DNA from: an uncultured Actinomycetes bacterium
Lineage (GTDB): Bacteria; Actinomycetota; UBA4738; HRBIN12
NCBI GenBank assembly: GCA_963710985.1
Contig: CAVQCI010000003.1
Coordinates: 1,026,096 to 1,090,095 of the forward strand
Reading direction: 5' to 3'
Length of the DNA stretch: 64,000 bases
The notes below the pieces were generated by a model. That model was not told where the DNA came from and searched no databases. It was given only the letters and a program-made list of their open reading frames with translations. The translations under genes were made by a program, and so were the position numbers. The first letter of the stretch is position 1. Every line of letters begins with the position of its first letter. Below are positions 46,742 through 56,215 of the stretch, piece by piece.

Positions 46742-46922
46742 CGCCGCGATCCCACGAACGTCTGGGGCCACCCGTACAGCTTGCAGGACCGGTCCGAGAC
46801 GTCGAACGTCGGCGACCGCGTGCCGGCCTCGAGCTCGCGGGTAGATGGCCCGGGCTGACGCCGATCCGCCACGCGACCTGACCGACGGTGAACCCGGCCT
46901 GCTGCCGGCCCTCCGCGAGCAT
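46735..46922 (-). pseudogene. XRE-like HTH mini-gene, frameshifted
   Basis: MLAEGRQQAGFTVGQVAWRIGVSPG is in one frame and TRELEAGTRSPTFDVSDRSCKLYGWPQTFVGSRRY in another. TAGGCT lies upstream at 46947-46952. Confidence 0.65.
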
Positions 46923-46934
46923 GTCCGGGAACGC

Positions 46935-47449
46935 CGAGATGAGGCGAGCCTAGCGCGTGTGGGGCCAGCCCTGCTGCTCCGCGAAGTCCCAGACATCGAT
47001 CGAGGGTGGCTCCACCCCGATCGAGCTGAGGGCTGATAGATCTCGGTCCTCCGGTGGCATCGGTGCCGTGGTGAAGGGCCTGGGCGAGGCGGATCCCCGT
47101 CGGCCACCAGACCTCCGTGCCGTCGTCGGCCTTCCCCATCACGGGTGCTGCGGGATCGGGTCGGCGGCGAGTATCCGCGGCCAGGCCTTGGTCCGCCTCC
47201 TGCATCGCCGCGCTGAGCTGGGTGAGACCATCTCCTCCTCGTCGAGGAACCCGGAGGGCCGGCTTTCGAGTCTGTACCGGTACTAAGCGTCCGCGCCGAC
47301 GAGATGTCGAAGCGTGTCTGAGGATTCGAGCCATACGTGCCGGGCATAGTCGTCTCGAGCTGGCTCGGGTCGAGCGACGCGCATGCGTCGATCGTTCGCC
47401 TGGTTGCCCAGACGTGGTGGGCGAACGCGTCGTCCAACAACGTGACCAT
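46935..47449 (-). pseudogene. DinB-family protein, decayed
   Basis: MVTLLDDAFAHHVWATRRTIDACASLDPSQLETTMPGTYGS. The homology then continues in another frame (DTLRHLVGADA-stop-YRYRL) with an in-frame TAG and further frame changes. Confidence 0.7.
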
Positions 47450-47456
47450 TGGGCTG

Positions 47457-47462
47457 AGCCTA
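47457..47462 (-). promoter_or_regulatory. TAGGCT, candidate -10 hexamer for a leaderless DinB transcript
   Basis: On the minus strand, TAGGCT, then 7 nt, then the ATG at 47449. Confidence 0.35.
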
Positions 47463-47627
47463 GCTCGTAGCGCATTGAGGGCCAGGCCTCGTGTTGGAGA
47501 TTCCGGGAGCCTGGCCTTCGGACACGCGGTAGAGGGCTGGGCTGACGCCGAGATGCCACGCGACCTGACCGGCGGTGAACCCGGCCCGCTGCCGATCCTC
47601 CGCGAGCATGTCCGGGAACGCCGCCAC
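47460..47627 (-). CDS. XRE-like HTH mini-gene with a divergent C-terminus (55 aa)
   Basis: GTG start. VAAFPDMLAEDRQRAGFTAGQVAWHLGVSPALYRVSEGQ..., with the family tail (GWPQTFV) replaced. Confidence 0.45.
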   Translation of the reverse strand: MAAFPDMLAEDRQRAGFTAGQVAWHLGVSPALYRVSEGQAPGISNTRPGPQCATS

Positions 47628-47701
47628 GGGAAGCAGGGCAGTCCGACGCGCGGACGGACGTTGTGCCGCGTCGAAGGTCCGCGCGTTCTCTCCGAGTCTT
47701 C

Positions 47702-47968
47702 CTATGACAGGACGCGCCCTCGGTGCTCGACGATCTTCGTCAGCACGTCCGCGAGCGCCTCGACCTGGTACCAGTCGAGCGGAATCGCGACTTCCGCGCC
47801 GTCGTCCGTGCGGAAGAGCAGCCGCGCCGTCTTCGTGTCTCGGGTGCATCCTTGTCCGTCGAAAGTCGATCGACTCCGTACCAGTGGTAGTCCAGTGACT
47901 GCGTCACGTATGTCCCCTCTCTGAAGTTCCAACGTCGGTATCGGCAGCTTGTGCACATGCCTCCACAA
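47702..47968 (-). CDS. Small hypothetical protein (88 aa)
   Basis: LLFRTDDGAEVAIPLDWYQVEALADVLTKIVEHRG looks protein-like, with locally lower GC. It sits between two HTH mini-gene copies. Confidence 0.4.
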   Translation of the reverse strand: MWRHVHKLPIPTLELQRGDIRDAVTGLPLVRSRSTFDGQGCTRDTKTARLLFRTDDGAEVAIPLDWYQVEALADVLTKIVEHRGRVLS

Positions 47969-48025
47969 GGCGACCTGCGCCGCCGATCGCGGGCGAGCAT
48001 GTCCGGGAACGACGCCACGAACGCG

Positions 48026-48031
48026 AGCCTA
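48026..48031 (-). promoter_or_regulatory. TAGGCT, candidate -10 hexamer before a truncated HTH mini-gene
   Basis: On the minus strand, TAGGCT, then 7 nt, then the GTG at 48018 (VASFPDMLARDRR...). Confidence 0.35.
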
Positions 48032-48128
48032 GCGCCGGACAGCGGACGGGGCCTCCTGGCATCGGGTTGACCGCTCACGGCGAGTTGCTTACCCTGCTGC
48101 CCGCCGGTGGGGTTCCCCCTCTTCCGGC

Positions 48129-48232
48129 GACTCGTTGGCACGTCGGCCCCCGGCGCAGCCTGGGGGCCTTCGTGCGTCTCATCCGACCCGGCGCAGCAGG
48201 TCGCGGGACTCCGGCAGCGGGTCCGTCTCCGT
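48129..48232 (-). repeat. N-terminal DDLRAAL fragment (48179-48232) joined to a partial structured-repeat copy (48129-48179)
   Basis: The reverse complement encodes DPLPESRDLLRRVG then a stop, followed by AGACGCACGAAGGCCCCCAGGCTGCGCCGGGGGCCGACGTGCCAACGAGTC. This is the same junction as at 23359-23520. Confidence 0.7.
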
Positions 48233-48237
48233 GCAGG

Positions 48238-49361
48238 TCAGATGTTGCTCGTACAGAAGTTGTTGTGGATCCACACGTTCCCGCGTCCGGCGTCGCCGTC
48301 AAGGTATCCGTCGAGGTCTCCGTCGTTGCACGCGGTGTTCAAGAAGATCTTGTTCCTGCCCGAGCCCGCCAGCACTGCGAACCCGTCGCCCTGGTTCCCA
48401 CTAGCAATGTTGGCGCCGACCGAGTTGAAGTCCGAGCCGACGAACACGAAGCCGGCTCCGCCGTTACCCGTCGCCTGGTTCCCGCTGAACCTGTTCGAAT
48501 CTCGACGCGTACGCGTTCAAGCGAAGGCGCCCTCGCCCAGGCACGAACAGATACCAGGATCCGTCGCGGTAGCGACGGTCGCGAAGCGGAGTGATGGCTC
48601 GTCTTCGATAACCGACGACGTAGACCCTCGCCCCACCTGGGGCGGCCGCGAGCGCCCGAGGGAAGCCCTGCTCATCGAGGGGGCCCCGATACAGGTCCGT
48701 CCACCGTTGCTTCCCGCCTCGCGCTGCTGTATGGGACCAGCCGCCAACTGGTGACCGGCCACCCGCCGGTCATGGCGACGCGGGCGCGAAGGTACCCACG
48801 TCAAGTCGATCCCTTGTCCCAGCGCCTTCGTCGAATCCGGTAGAACAGATCTCGCGTCCGTTCCGCATCTCGAGGAAGCGGGAACATGTCGGAGCAGGAC
48901 ACGCCGGCCCGTTCGGTGTTCCCGGTGAAGAAGACCCTGCTCCCACGCCGGTCGGCGGTGACGTCGCGGATCATGCCCTTCCAGGCGGGGTCGAGGTGGT
49001 CGATGTGTGTCCTCGCTCCCGACGTCGTGTCGTACTCTATAACCCGCCAGCCCGATTGGTCCAGGATCTTGGTGTCCGTCATGCTTGAACTACCGGCGTT
49101 CGTTCCATCGCGCGAGCGACGGAACGTGTCACCCCACTCGAGAGCTCCGTCGGCCGCGGCGTACGCGACCGTTCGTGCCGCCGACGAGATGCGGGTGTCC
49201 ACGTATCCGCTCACGAGTACGCGACCGTCACGGATGACGACGCTCCCCGCCGCCGCGTCGCCCGGTGGAGTGTCCGATCGGACGGTCCACAAGACGGTTC
49301 CGACGTGCGGGAGCAGCGCCAGGAAGAACCAGTCGCCGTCCGTCGGCGGCAGGGCCGGCAT
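48238..49361 (-). pseudogene. Decayed secreted beta-propeller / parallel beta-helix repeat protein
   Basis: The C-terminus NRFSGNQATGNGGAGFVFVGSDFNSVGANIASGNQGDGFAVLAGSGRNKIFLN is beta-helix-like. The upstream pieces (GARVYVVGY..., GSRVFFTGN...) are scattered over three frames. Confidence 0.5.
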
Positions 49362-49842
49362 GGCGACGAGGCGGGTAGGTCGCGAGATGATCGGTAGCCG
49401 ACATGTCGTCGATCCAGGCCCGGGCGATATCGAGCGTCCCGGCGGCGAGGAAGTACACGGCCGCCTGAAGCACGGTCGCCAGCAGGACGGTCGCGATGCG
49501 CAGGACGCCGGATCGGCGAGAGCTTCGGCTCCGGGTGGGCCGCGCCCGCGTTCCCTACATGGTCGGTCATCACCGTCGGCTGCGGCGTCTCTCTACATCC
49601 TAGGCCTCGGCCCGCTCCCGGGAGTCGGCGGTGGCATCGTTGAGCTGGGGCGCGAGGAGGCTGCGCCTTCATATGGGACCCCTCACCTCCTGGGTCACGA
49701 GCCCCGACAAAGCTCCACGTAGACGTCTCGTAGTGCAGGCCGCGGACGCTGGGGGCGCGCCACAGCTGTGGACCCCGAAGGCCCGCAATCGGGCTGAAGG
49801 TGTGTCGTCCTGGCGTGTTGAGTTGCCCTGGACGCCGGGGCG

Positions 49843-49929
49843 CCAGACGGCGGGCGCCGGGTGACCAATCGGGATGACCTTCAAGTCCTCTGGCGTCGTG
49901 GTGATCCACGGGAGGTCGCACCGTGTGTC
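49843..49929 (+). repeat. B element (49843-49874) plus att-like hairpin (49906-49929) abutting the integrase stop
   Basis: CCAGACGGCGGGCGCCGGGTGACCAATCGGGA ... CCACGGGAGGTCGCACCGTGTGTC. The integrase TGA (49928-49930, minus strand) overlaps the motif. Confidence 0.65.
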
Positions 49930-50600
49930 ATGCAGACCTCGAGGCCCGGGTCGCGTCGGTGTGCACCAGATTCAGCCGTGAGGCTATGTAGTCGTACTGG
50001 TCGGGGAGGAGGTGCGCGTAGCGATCCATGTGATCTGGATGCTCGAGTGGCCGAGGTGGAGCTGGATCGCCTCGCGTGCACACCTTCACGGATCAGCAAG
50101 CTCGCACACGTGTGGCGCAGGTCGTGGATCCGGATGGACCGGGGGAGACCGGCCGCGTGGAGCGCAGGCCACCATCGCGCTGCCGGAAGTTCGCGATCCT
50201 GAGCGGGCCTCCTGTCGGTGCGGTGAACAGCAGGGGGTCGGGCGCGGCATCCACCCTTTCGAGGTGCGCGCGGAGCTCCCCGACGAGGAAGTCGGCGAGC
50301 CGCGTCTTGCGCACGCGGTAGGTCTTGGTCCTCCCGAACATGAGGTGACGTCGCCAGTTCTGCCCTTAGACCACCCCGAGGCCTGGTCCAGACTCCCTTT
50401 GACCTGGATGGAGACCCAAGTCAGGCCGGTCTCGGGCTTCAGCGCGCGCGCGAGGCCAGTCCGTCCGAGGAGGTCGAGCCTTGGGTCACTCCGTTACTCA
50501 CCGAGCCTGACCTGTTGTCACACGGTCGGAGGAGTGCATCCGGTCGCCGAGCTCCAGCGTATCGATGACCGCAGGCCCCTCGCCCGCGGTTGTCTGGGCG
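49928..50600 (-). mobile_element. Tyrosine recombinase (phage-integrase family) pseudogene with multiple frameshifts
   Basis: Catalytic-domain pieces lie in three frames: TGLARALKPETGLTWVSIQVKGSL, KTYRVRKTRLADFLVGELRAHL...PLLFTAPTGGPL, RIHDLRHTCASLLIREGVHA, AIQLHLGHSSIQIT and MDRYAHLLPDQYDYIASRL. Confidence 0.75.
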
Positions 50601-50604
50601 CTGC

Positions 50605-52117
50605 TCAAGATCGAGTGAACGAGTCGACCGCGAACGAACGTGTGGTCCGGGGAGAGAGCCCGGACATCATCAACCAAGAAGGATCGTCAGGCAGGTCTTG
50701 GAGATTGGCATCGAAGCCGGGGAATAGGCGGCCGTTCCGGACCTTCCCGGGGGACAGTCCGCGCGGCCCTCCATGTGAAGACGTCCAGCGCCCTCGCGCG
50801 CGTCCACCGCTGGGAGTGGTCGTGCGGGTGCTCCAGCGCCCAGACGCCGGCCATCGGATCGAACGGGGACATCGGGGTGTCTGAGCCGCCCCCAAGCTCG
50901 ACGCCGCTGTTCTCCATCTCGAGGAAGGCATTCATCTGGGCTGCGGTCTCTCCGCCGCAGACGCTGGAAGTACATCTGCCCGGGATGGCCCCACAGCGTG
51001 TCGAAGGCCGGCTGAACGGAGGCCCTGATCCCGAGACGAGCGGCCTCCCGCATCTGTGTGGGCGTCGCCATCTCGAAGTGCTCGAGGCGATGTTTGCGCT
51101 CGCGGAACGCTCTCGCGCTCTCCTCGTCTAGAGTCGCGTAGACCGCTCCGAAGCCCCCGAGAGCCTGCTCGATCGCGCGCTGGCCGATCACATGTAGGGC
51201 AACCTGGAACCCACGATGGTGGGCTTCATGGAGGAACTCCCGGATCTCCCGGTCCTCGTACGTCAGCACGCCGAGCCCCTCCCCGTCCGCGTATGGTTTG
51301 TTGATCGCGGCGGTCCGAGCCCCGATGGAGCCGTCGAGGAAGAGATCGCCGCCGATCTGCGGAAGCCCCAGCGCCGCCACGCGGTCGATGTCGAAGATCG
51401 GCGACGTACAGCACGACGTCGGGCGAGAGCTCCTCCATGACCTCGAGAGAGGATCCCGGCGTCGCGCCGGCCACGCTTGTCGGGCATCGACATCTCGTGA
51501 ACGCTCGTTAATCCTTGCCCGACGGCCTGCTCGGCTGCGCGTCGCAGCGCATCGACAATCTTGCGCTCAGGCACGGACTCGAGGTAGGTGCGGTGTGCGT
51601 CCGCTGCCGCCTCGGTCCGGAGCGCCCCTGTCGCATAGCCACTTTGATCGCGGTCGATGCCTCGTTGCTCGTCGATGTTCGCTGCCCGCATCGCCGCGGT
51701 GTTCGCGACGCACATGTAGGTGTGCATCCTAGGGAGCACGAGCGGCTCGGAGGGAGCGAGCTGATCGAGCTCTTGCAGCGTCGGTAGGCGGCGATCATCC
51801 CACCGCGTCTCATCGAACCCCAGCCCGACGACTTCGCCCTCGAGCAGTCGGCGTGCCAGGGCCAACAGCTCTTCGCGCGAGGTGGCGGAAGACAGGTCAA
51901 GGCCCGCTGTGGCGAGACCCGTCCACGACAGGTGCACGTGAGCATCCGTGAATCCGGGGAAGATCACCTTCCCGTCGAACGACAGCGTCTCGTCGGCCTC
52001 GGGGGCGTCACCGTCGCCCACGGCGACGACTCTTCCCTGCCTCACGACCAGCCAGGACCGGGGCGCTTCACCCGGCGTGGTGTAGACACGCTCGGCCGCG
52101 AAGACGGTCTCCCTCAT
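50605..52117 (-). pseudogene. Amidohydrolase (Amidohydro_3-like), decayed paralogue of 53738-55393
   Basis: GFTDAHVHLSW...SVHEMSMPDKRG, then LGLPQIGGDLFLDGSIGARTAA...HVIGQRAIEQAL, then GGGSDTPMSPFDPMAGVW, spread over at least four frames. Confidence 0.75.
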
Positions 52118-52260
52118 CGTGTCGGCTTTGGATCGATCGTGAGGAGCGTTCGGGGGTAGACGACGAGGAGCTGCTCGATCTCGCCTCGGCTCACCCCGTT
52201 ACGGCGCATCATCGGGACGACGCGGACGAGCAGGTGGCTGTCCCATCCAGGCCCAGTCGC
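52114..52260 (-). pseudogene. 3' remnant of a phosphotriesterase-like gene
   Basis: HLLVRVVPMMRRNGVSRGEIEQLLVVYPRTLLTIDP matches the C-termini of 52585-53631 and 59425-60499. Its stop overlaps the decayed amidohydrolase start. Confidence 0.6.
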
Positions 52261-52584
52261 ATGTTGGTCTCTTTCCGGCACGGACCTTCGGGCTCTTCTG
52301 GGGCATTGCCGAATATAGTGCCCGTGTTCGCTTCGCTCACTCGCGACTGCTCCTTCGGCGGCTGGTGTCTCCGAACTCGACGCTAGACGGCAGCCTGATA
52401 CAGGGTCAACTGTCCTTCCTATCGCAGTCCTGCCCAGCTGTGGGCCGGACTTCGAGCTGCACGGAGCCCGACCGGTTCCTAGGAGGTGTGGCGGTCCGAT
52501 AGAAGGAGAGAATCGATCGGAACACACGCATGATCGTCCCATTACACCTGCGAGGGTGGGGTGTACCTGCGCAGGCTGGACTCC

Positions 52585-53631
52585 TCAGGGGCTGTCGATC
52601 GTCAGGAGTCGTGCCGGATTCGCGACCAGCAGTTCGTCTATCTCTGATTCGCTCACACCTTTGCGGCGCATGAGAGGGACGACTCTGGAGAGAAGGTGAC
52701 CGTACCCTTCGCCGCCGAAGCGCTGGAGATGAGCCTTGCGGCAGACATCTTGCGACACGAGCAGCTGCCTTCCGAACCCCAGTTCCATCAGACTGAGGAT
52801 CAATTCGATCCTTCGTGCATCGTTCGGCATATCGATCGGCGATAGGTCGTAATAGGACGACTCCTGTCCGAAGAGGTCGAACTCGACGTAGCACTCGTGT
52901 CGTGCGAGCTCCACGATGTCAGCTAGCTCGAACAACGTGCGATCGATATGGCCAACGACCGTATTCGTCGGGTCGCCGCCGGCACGTTCAACAGCTTCGA
53001 TAGCAGCGGTGGGAGCCTCCGTGTGGCGGCCAGGGTGGACCGAAATGGCAGCTCCGGTCGAAACCTGTGCCCGAACCGCCGCCCGAAGGACTTTTTCCTC
53101 GTCGGGGTGCACCGGCCACGTCAAGCCCACCTCTCCGATGATCCCCGCTCGAACACCATCCCTTGTCCCGTCAGTCAGGTCGCCGATGAAGACATCCGCA
53201 ACTTCTGCCTCGTTCATGTCGGTGAGTTCCGCCGGGTGAAAGGCGTGGACGTAGAAGGAAGTGCCCATGACGATGTGGATTCCTGCCGCGTGGGAAATCG
53301 CCTGAAGTGCTCGGGGGTCACGGCCGAGGTCGATTGTCGTCAGATCGACTATCGAGGAGCCACCCGCACGAGCGAATGCGCCGAGTTCCTCTATGGCGTC
53401 GTTGACGTTCGTGAGCTGAAGGTTCTCTCGGAACAGGTGGATGAATCGTCGAACCTCGTAGTAGTTGCCGAGCGTGATTGGCTCGTTCCATCGGCTGAGG
53501 TCCTGCGGAGTCTGCGCCGCAGGCTCTGTCGGGCCGACGAGGTCGATAAGCAGATGCTCGTGCGGTTGCGTGATACGCAGCTCGCTCGGCTTGATGTCGC
53601 CACGAACCGTCCGTACCAGCCCAGCGGCCAT
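52585..53631 (-). CDS. Phosphotriesterase-related (PTER/PHP-family) metal hydrolase
   Basis: A G-rich SD precedes the ATG at 53631. ITQPHEHLLIDL, IVDLTTIDLGRD, GIIGEVG and VSQDVCRK. Confidence 0.85.
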   Translation of the reverse strand: MAAGLVRTVRGDIKPSELRITQPHEHLLIDLVGPTEPAAQTPQDLSRWNEPITLGNYYEVRRFIHLFRENLQLTNVNDAIEELGAFARAGGSSIVDLTTIDLGRDPRALQAISHAAGIHIVMGTSFYVHAFHPAELTDMNEAEVADVFIGDLTDGTRDGVRAGIIGEVGLTWPVHPDEEKVLRAAVRAQVSTGAAISVHPGRHTEAPTAAIEAVERAGGDPTNTVVGHIDRTLFELADIVELARHECYVEFDLFGQESSYYDLSPIDMPNDARRIELILSLMELGFGRQLLVSQDVCRKAHLQRFGGEGYGHLLSRVVPLMRRKGVSESEIDELLVANPARLLTIDSP

Positions 53632-53737
53632 TCCCCACCCCCCTTGCCAACTGCGCCGAGCATAGCCACCGGCCCGGGTACTCATAGCGACGTGAGAGTC
53701 ATTTCTCCGGGTCGACACGGGTCACTATCATCAGCGG

Positions 53738-55393
53738 GTGACCCGATCCCGCCACGAGACCCAATCGCGGTTGAACGGCGCGCTCGCGCTCACGAACGCG
53801 CGGTTACTCGTGTATGACGAAGCACGTCAGCGGCTCGTTCTCGCAACAGCCACAAGCGTGCTGATCGAGGATGGCATCATCACTCGGATAGGCGACGACC
53901 GCACCGTGCTCGGAGCAGCGGGCATGAGGGCAGCTGCCGTTGATCTGCGTGGTGCCACGCTGGCACCTGGGTTTGTCGATGCCCACGTTCACGCGTTCGG
54001 TTGCGCGATGACCTCGCTGACCGTGTCCTGCCTACCCCCCGCCGTGGACAGCCTCCTCACGCTGAAGAGCCGGCTGAGAGAGCGTGCGGCAGCGCTAAGC
54101 CCCGGCTCGTGGGTAGTCGGGACTGGGTACGACGATTCCAGGCTCCTTGAACAGCGGCACCCCTCTCTTTGGGATCTGGATGAGGCTGCTCCGGATCACC
54201 CCGTCCTCGTTACACGAGTGTGCGGTCACATGAGTGTTGCGAACACCCGCGCACTCGAGCTCGCGGGCATCGACCGGGCCACATCGGATCCACCTGGGGG
54301 AGCTGTCGTGCGAGACCAAGGGGGAGAGCCGACGGGGCTTCTTCTCGAGCGAGCACAAGAGCTCGTGCAGAGGATCGTCCCGGTTCCAGGTAACGTCGAG
54401 ATCGCTCGAGCGCTGCATTCCACGGGAGAAGCGATGCTCGCTCACGGGATCACAACGATCTGTGAGGCGCTACTTGGTGTGTTCCATCCACGCGAGTCAG
54501 CGATCTGGGAGCGAGTGCTTAGCGACGGCTGGCGCGGGCCGGATGTACGGTTCCTCCAGGATTCCGGCACCGTGGGCGATGCGGCTGCTTCACAACTCCC
54601 GGTTGTCGGCACGAAGCTCTTTGCCGACGGCGTCGTCACGGGGGGAACCGCTGCGCTCAGCGAACCGTTTGAGGGCGCTAACGGGATAGGGATGTTGATC
54701 CACTCGCCCGATGACCTCACTGCGCTTGTTACTGAGTCGAGTGCTCGCGGACTCCCCGTTGGGATCCATGCTATGGGGGACCGAGGGATCGCGGCGGCGA
54801 TCGATGCGATTGAGCACGCTGAGAAGACCCGTGTGAATGAAGCTGACGCTTCATTCACCCCGCGTCCGGGACATCGCATCGAGCACTGCGCCGTCCCGAC
54901 TGTCGACTCCCTTCGCAGGATGAAGAAGTTGGGGATCTCACCCGTCCCGCAGCCCGTATTCCTCTTCGCAGAGGGCGAAGCGTATCTGACCGCCATCGGT
55001 CGTGAGCGGTGTAGCCGCGCATATCCCCTCCGGACCATGATTGACGTCGGTCTTCGGCCAGCGCTCAGCTCGGACGCACCCGCGACCTCGTGGCAGGATC
55101 CGCTGAACCCCTGGCTCGGAGTAGTGACGGCTGCCAAACGGAAGACATGGGCGGGGACGGTACTCGGCGAACGAGAGGCGATCTCGATCGCAGAGGCGTT
55201 GGCCGCATACACAGCGAACGGGGCATCGGCATTGGGGATCGAGGATCGAACGGGGTCGATCAAGGAGGGGAAGGTGGCGGACCTGATCGTGTTGCCCGAG
55301 GACCCGCTCACCTTGCCTGTCGACGAGCTGCCCTCTCTTCGGCCAACCGCCGTCCTGGTCGGCGGCAAGGTCGCTTGGGGTGCTCTCCCCTGA
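53738..55393 (+). CDS. Amidohydrolase (Amidohydro_3 family)
   Basis: GFVDAHVHAFG, IHAMGDRGIAAAIDA, HRIEHCAV and SSDAPATS; 551 aa. Confidence 0.85.
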   Translation: MTRSRHETQSRLNGALALTNARLLVYDEARQRLVLATATSVLIEDGIITRIGDDRTVLGAAGMRAAAVDLRGATLAPGFVDAHVHAFGCAMTSLTVSCLPPAVDSLLTLKSRLRERAAALSPGSWVVGTGYDDSRLLEQRHPSLWDLDEAAPDHPVLVTRVCGHMSVANTRALELAGIDRATSDPPGGAVVRDQGGEPTGLLLERAQELVQRIVPVPGNVEIARALHSTGEAMLAHGITTICEALLGVFHPRESAIWERVLSDGWRGPDVRFLQDSGTVGDAAASQLPVVGTKLFADGVVTGGTAALSEPFEGANGIGMLIHSPDDLTALVTESSARGLPVGIHAMGDRGIAAAIDAIEHAEKTRVNEADASFTPRPGHRIEHCAVPTVDSLRRMKKLGISPVPQPVFLFAEGEAYLTAIGRERCSRAYPLRTMIDVGLRPALSSDAPATSWQDPLNPWLGVVTAAKRKTWAGTVLGEREAISIAEALAAYTANGASALGIEDRTGSIKEGKVADLIVLPEDPLTLPVDELPSLRPTAVLVGGKVAWGALP

Positions 55394-55423
55394 GGATGCA
55401 CACCGAGACGTAGCTGGATCGAG

Positions 55424-56215
55424 TCATCGACCGCTAATCAAGCGGGACGTCACGAGAGACGCAGTCTCACGCACATGGGGCAGTATCTCGTTGCGGAAGC
55501 GCTGCACCGAGACCTTCGAAGAGTACGACCAGACACCGATTGCCGCGACGACTCGGTCATTCCCGTCGCGGATCGGCGCCGCGATTGACCGTATCCCTTC
55601 CTCGAATTCCTCATCGACGAGCGCCCAGCCTCGCTCTGCAGCCTCGTCGAGCGCCTGTTCCAGTCGAGAACGGTTCCGGATCGTTCTAGTGGTGTAGCCC
55701 TTCAACGGTTCGAGCCGGTCAAGTAGCGAACTCCTTTCTTCGACAGGCAGAGACGCGATGAGAAGCCTGCCCGCGGGGGTAACGTGTGCTGGGAATCGCG
55801 ACCGCAATGCAAGTGCGACCGGCGAGCTGCGGTCGAATGGGACGTTCGCGACCTCGATCACGTCTAGCCCATCCAGAAGCGAGAGCACGCATGACTCGCG
55901 TACCTGATCGACGAGCGAAACCATGTAGGGGATCGCGATCTCTCGGAGTGGCACAGAGGCGATGAGACTGTAGCCGAGCCTCAAGGCTCCGGTCGCCAGT
56001 GAGAACCGTGTGCCAACTTGGTCGACGTAGCCCAGCTCCCGCAGCGTGTGGAGTACTCGTCGCGTGGTGGGCTTTGGGAGGCTCGTGCGCTTCGACAGAT
56101 CGCTTATCGTCAAGGCACGGCTCTCTCGTGTCAGCTCCTCCATCACAGTCAAGCCACGTTCAAGCGACTGAACGAAGTTGGCGTTCCGCTCGCCCTTTGC
56201 ATGTTGGCTTGACAA
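55424..56215 (-). CDS. IclR-family transcriptional regulator
   Basis: N-terminal wHTH (SLERGLTVMEELTRESRALTISDLSKRTSLPKPTTRRVLHTLRELGYV) plus an IclR effector domain. Confidence 0.9.
   Translation of the reverse strand: MSSQHAKGERNANFVQSLERGLTVMEELTRESRALTISDLSKRTSLPKPTTRRVLHTLRELGYVDQVGTRFSLATGALRLGYSLIASVPLREIAIPYMVSLVDQVRESCVLSLLDGLDVIEVANVPFDRSSPVALALRSRFPAHVTPAGRLLIASLPVEERSSLLDRLEPLKGYTTRTIRNRSRLEQALDEAAERGWALVDEEFEEGIRSIAAPIRDGNDRVVAAIGVWSYSSKVSVQRFRNEILPHVRETASLVTSRLISGR

Noticed and set aside
49211-49921. 236-aa minus-strand ORF downstream of the integrase, and the conserved peptide-like string IPIGHPAPAVW shared with 38468-38499.
   Set aside because: The ORF is Arg-rich and spans repeat elements. 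The two copies share only the 32-nt B element, and the flanking translations diverge completely.
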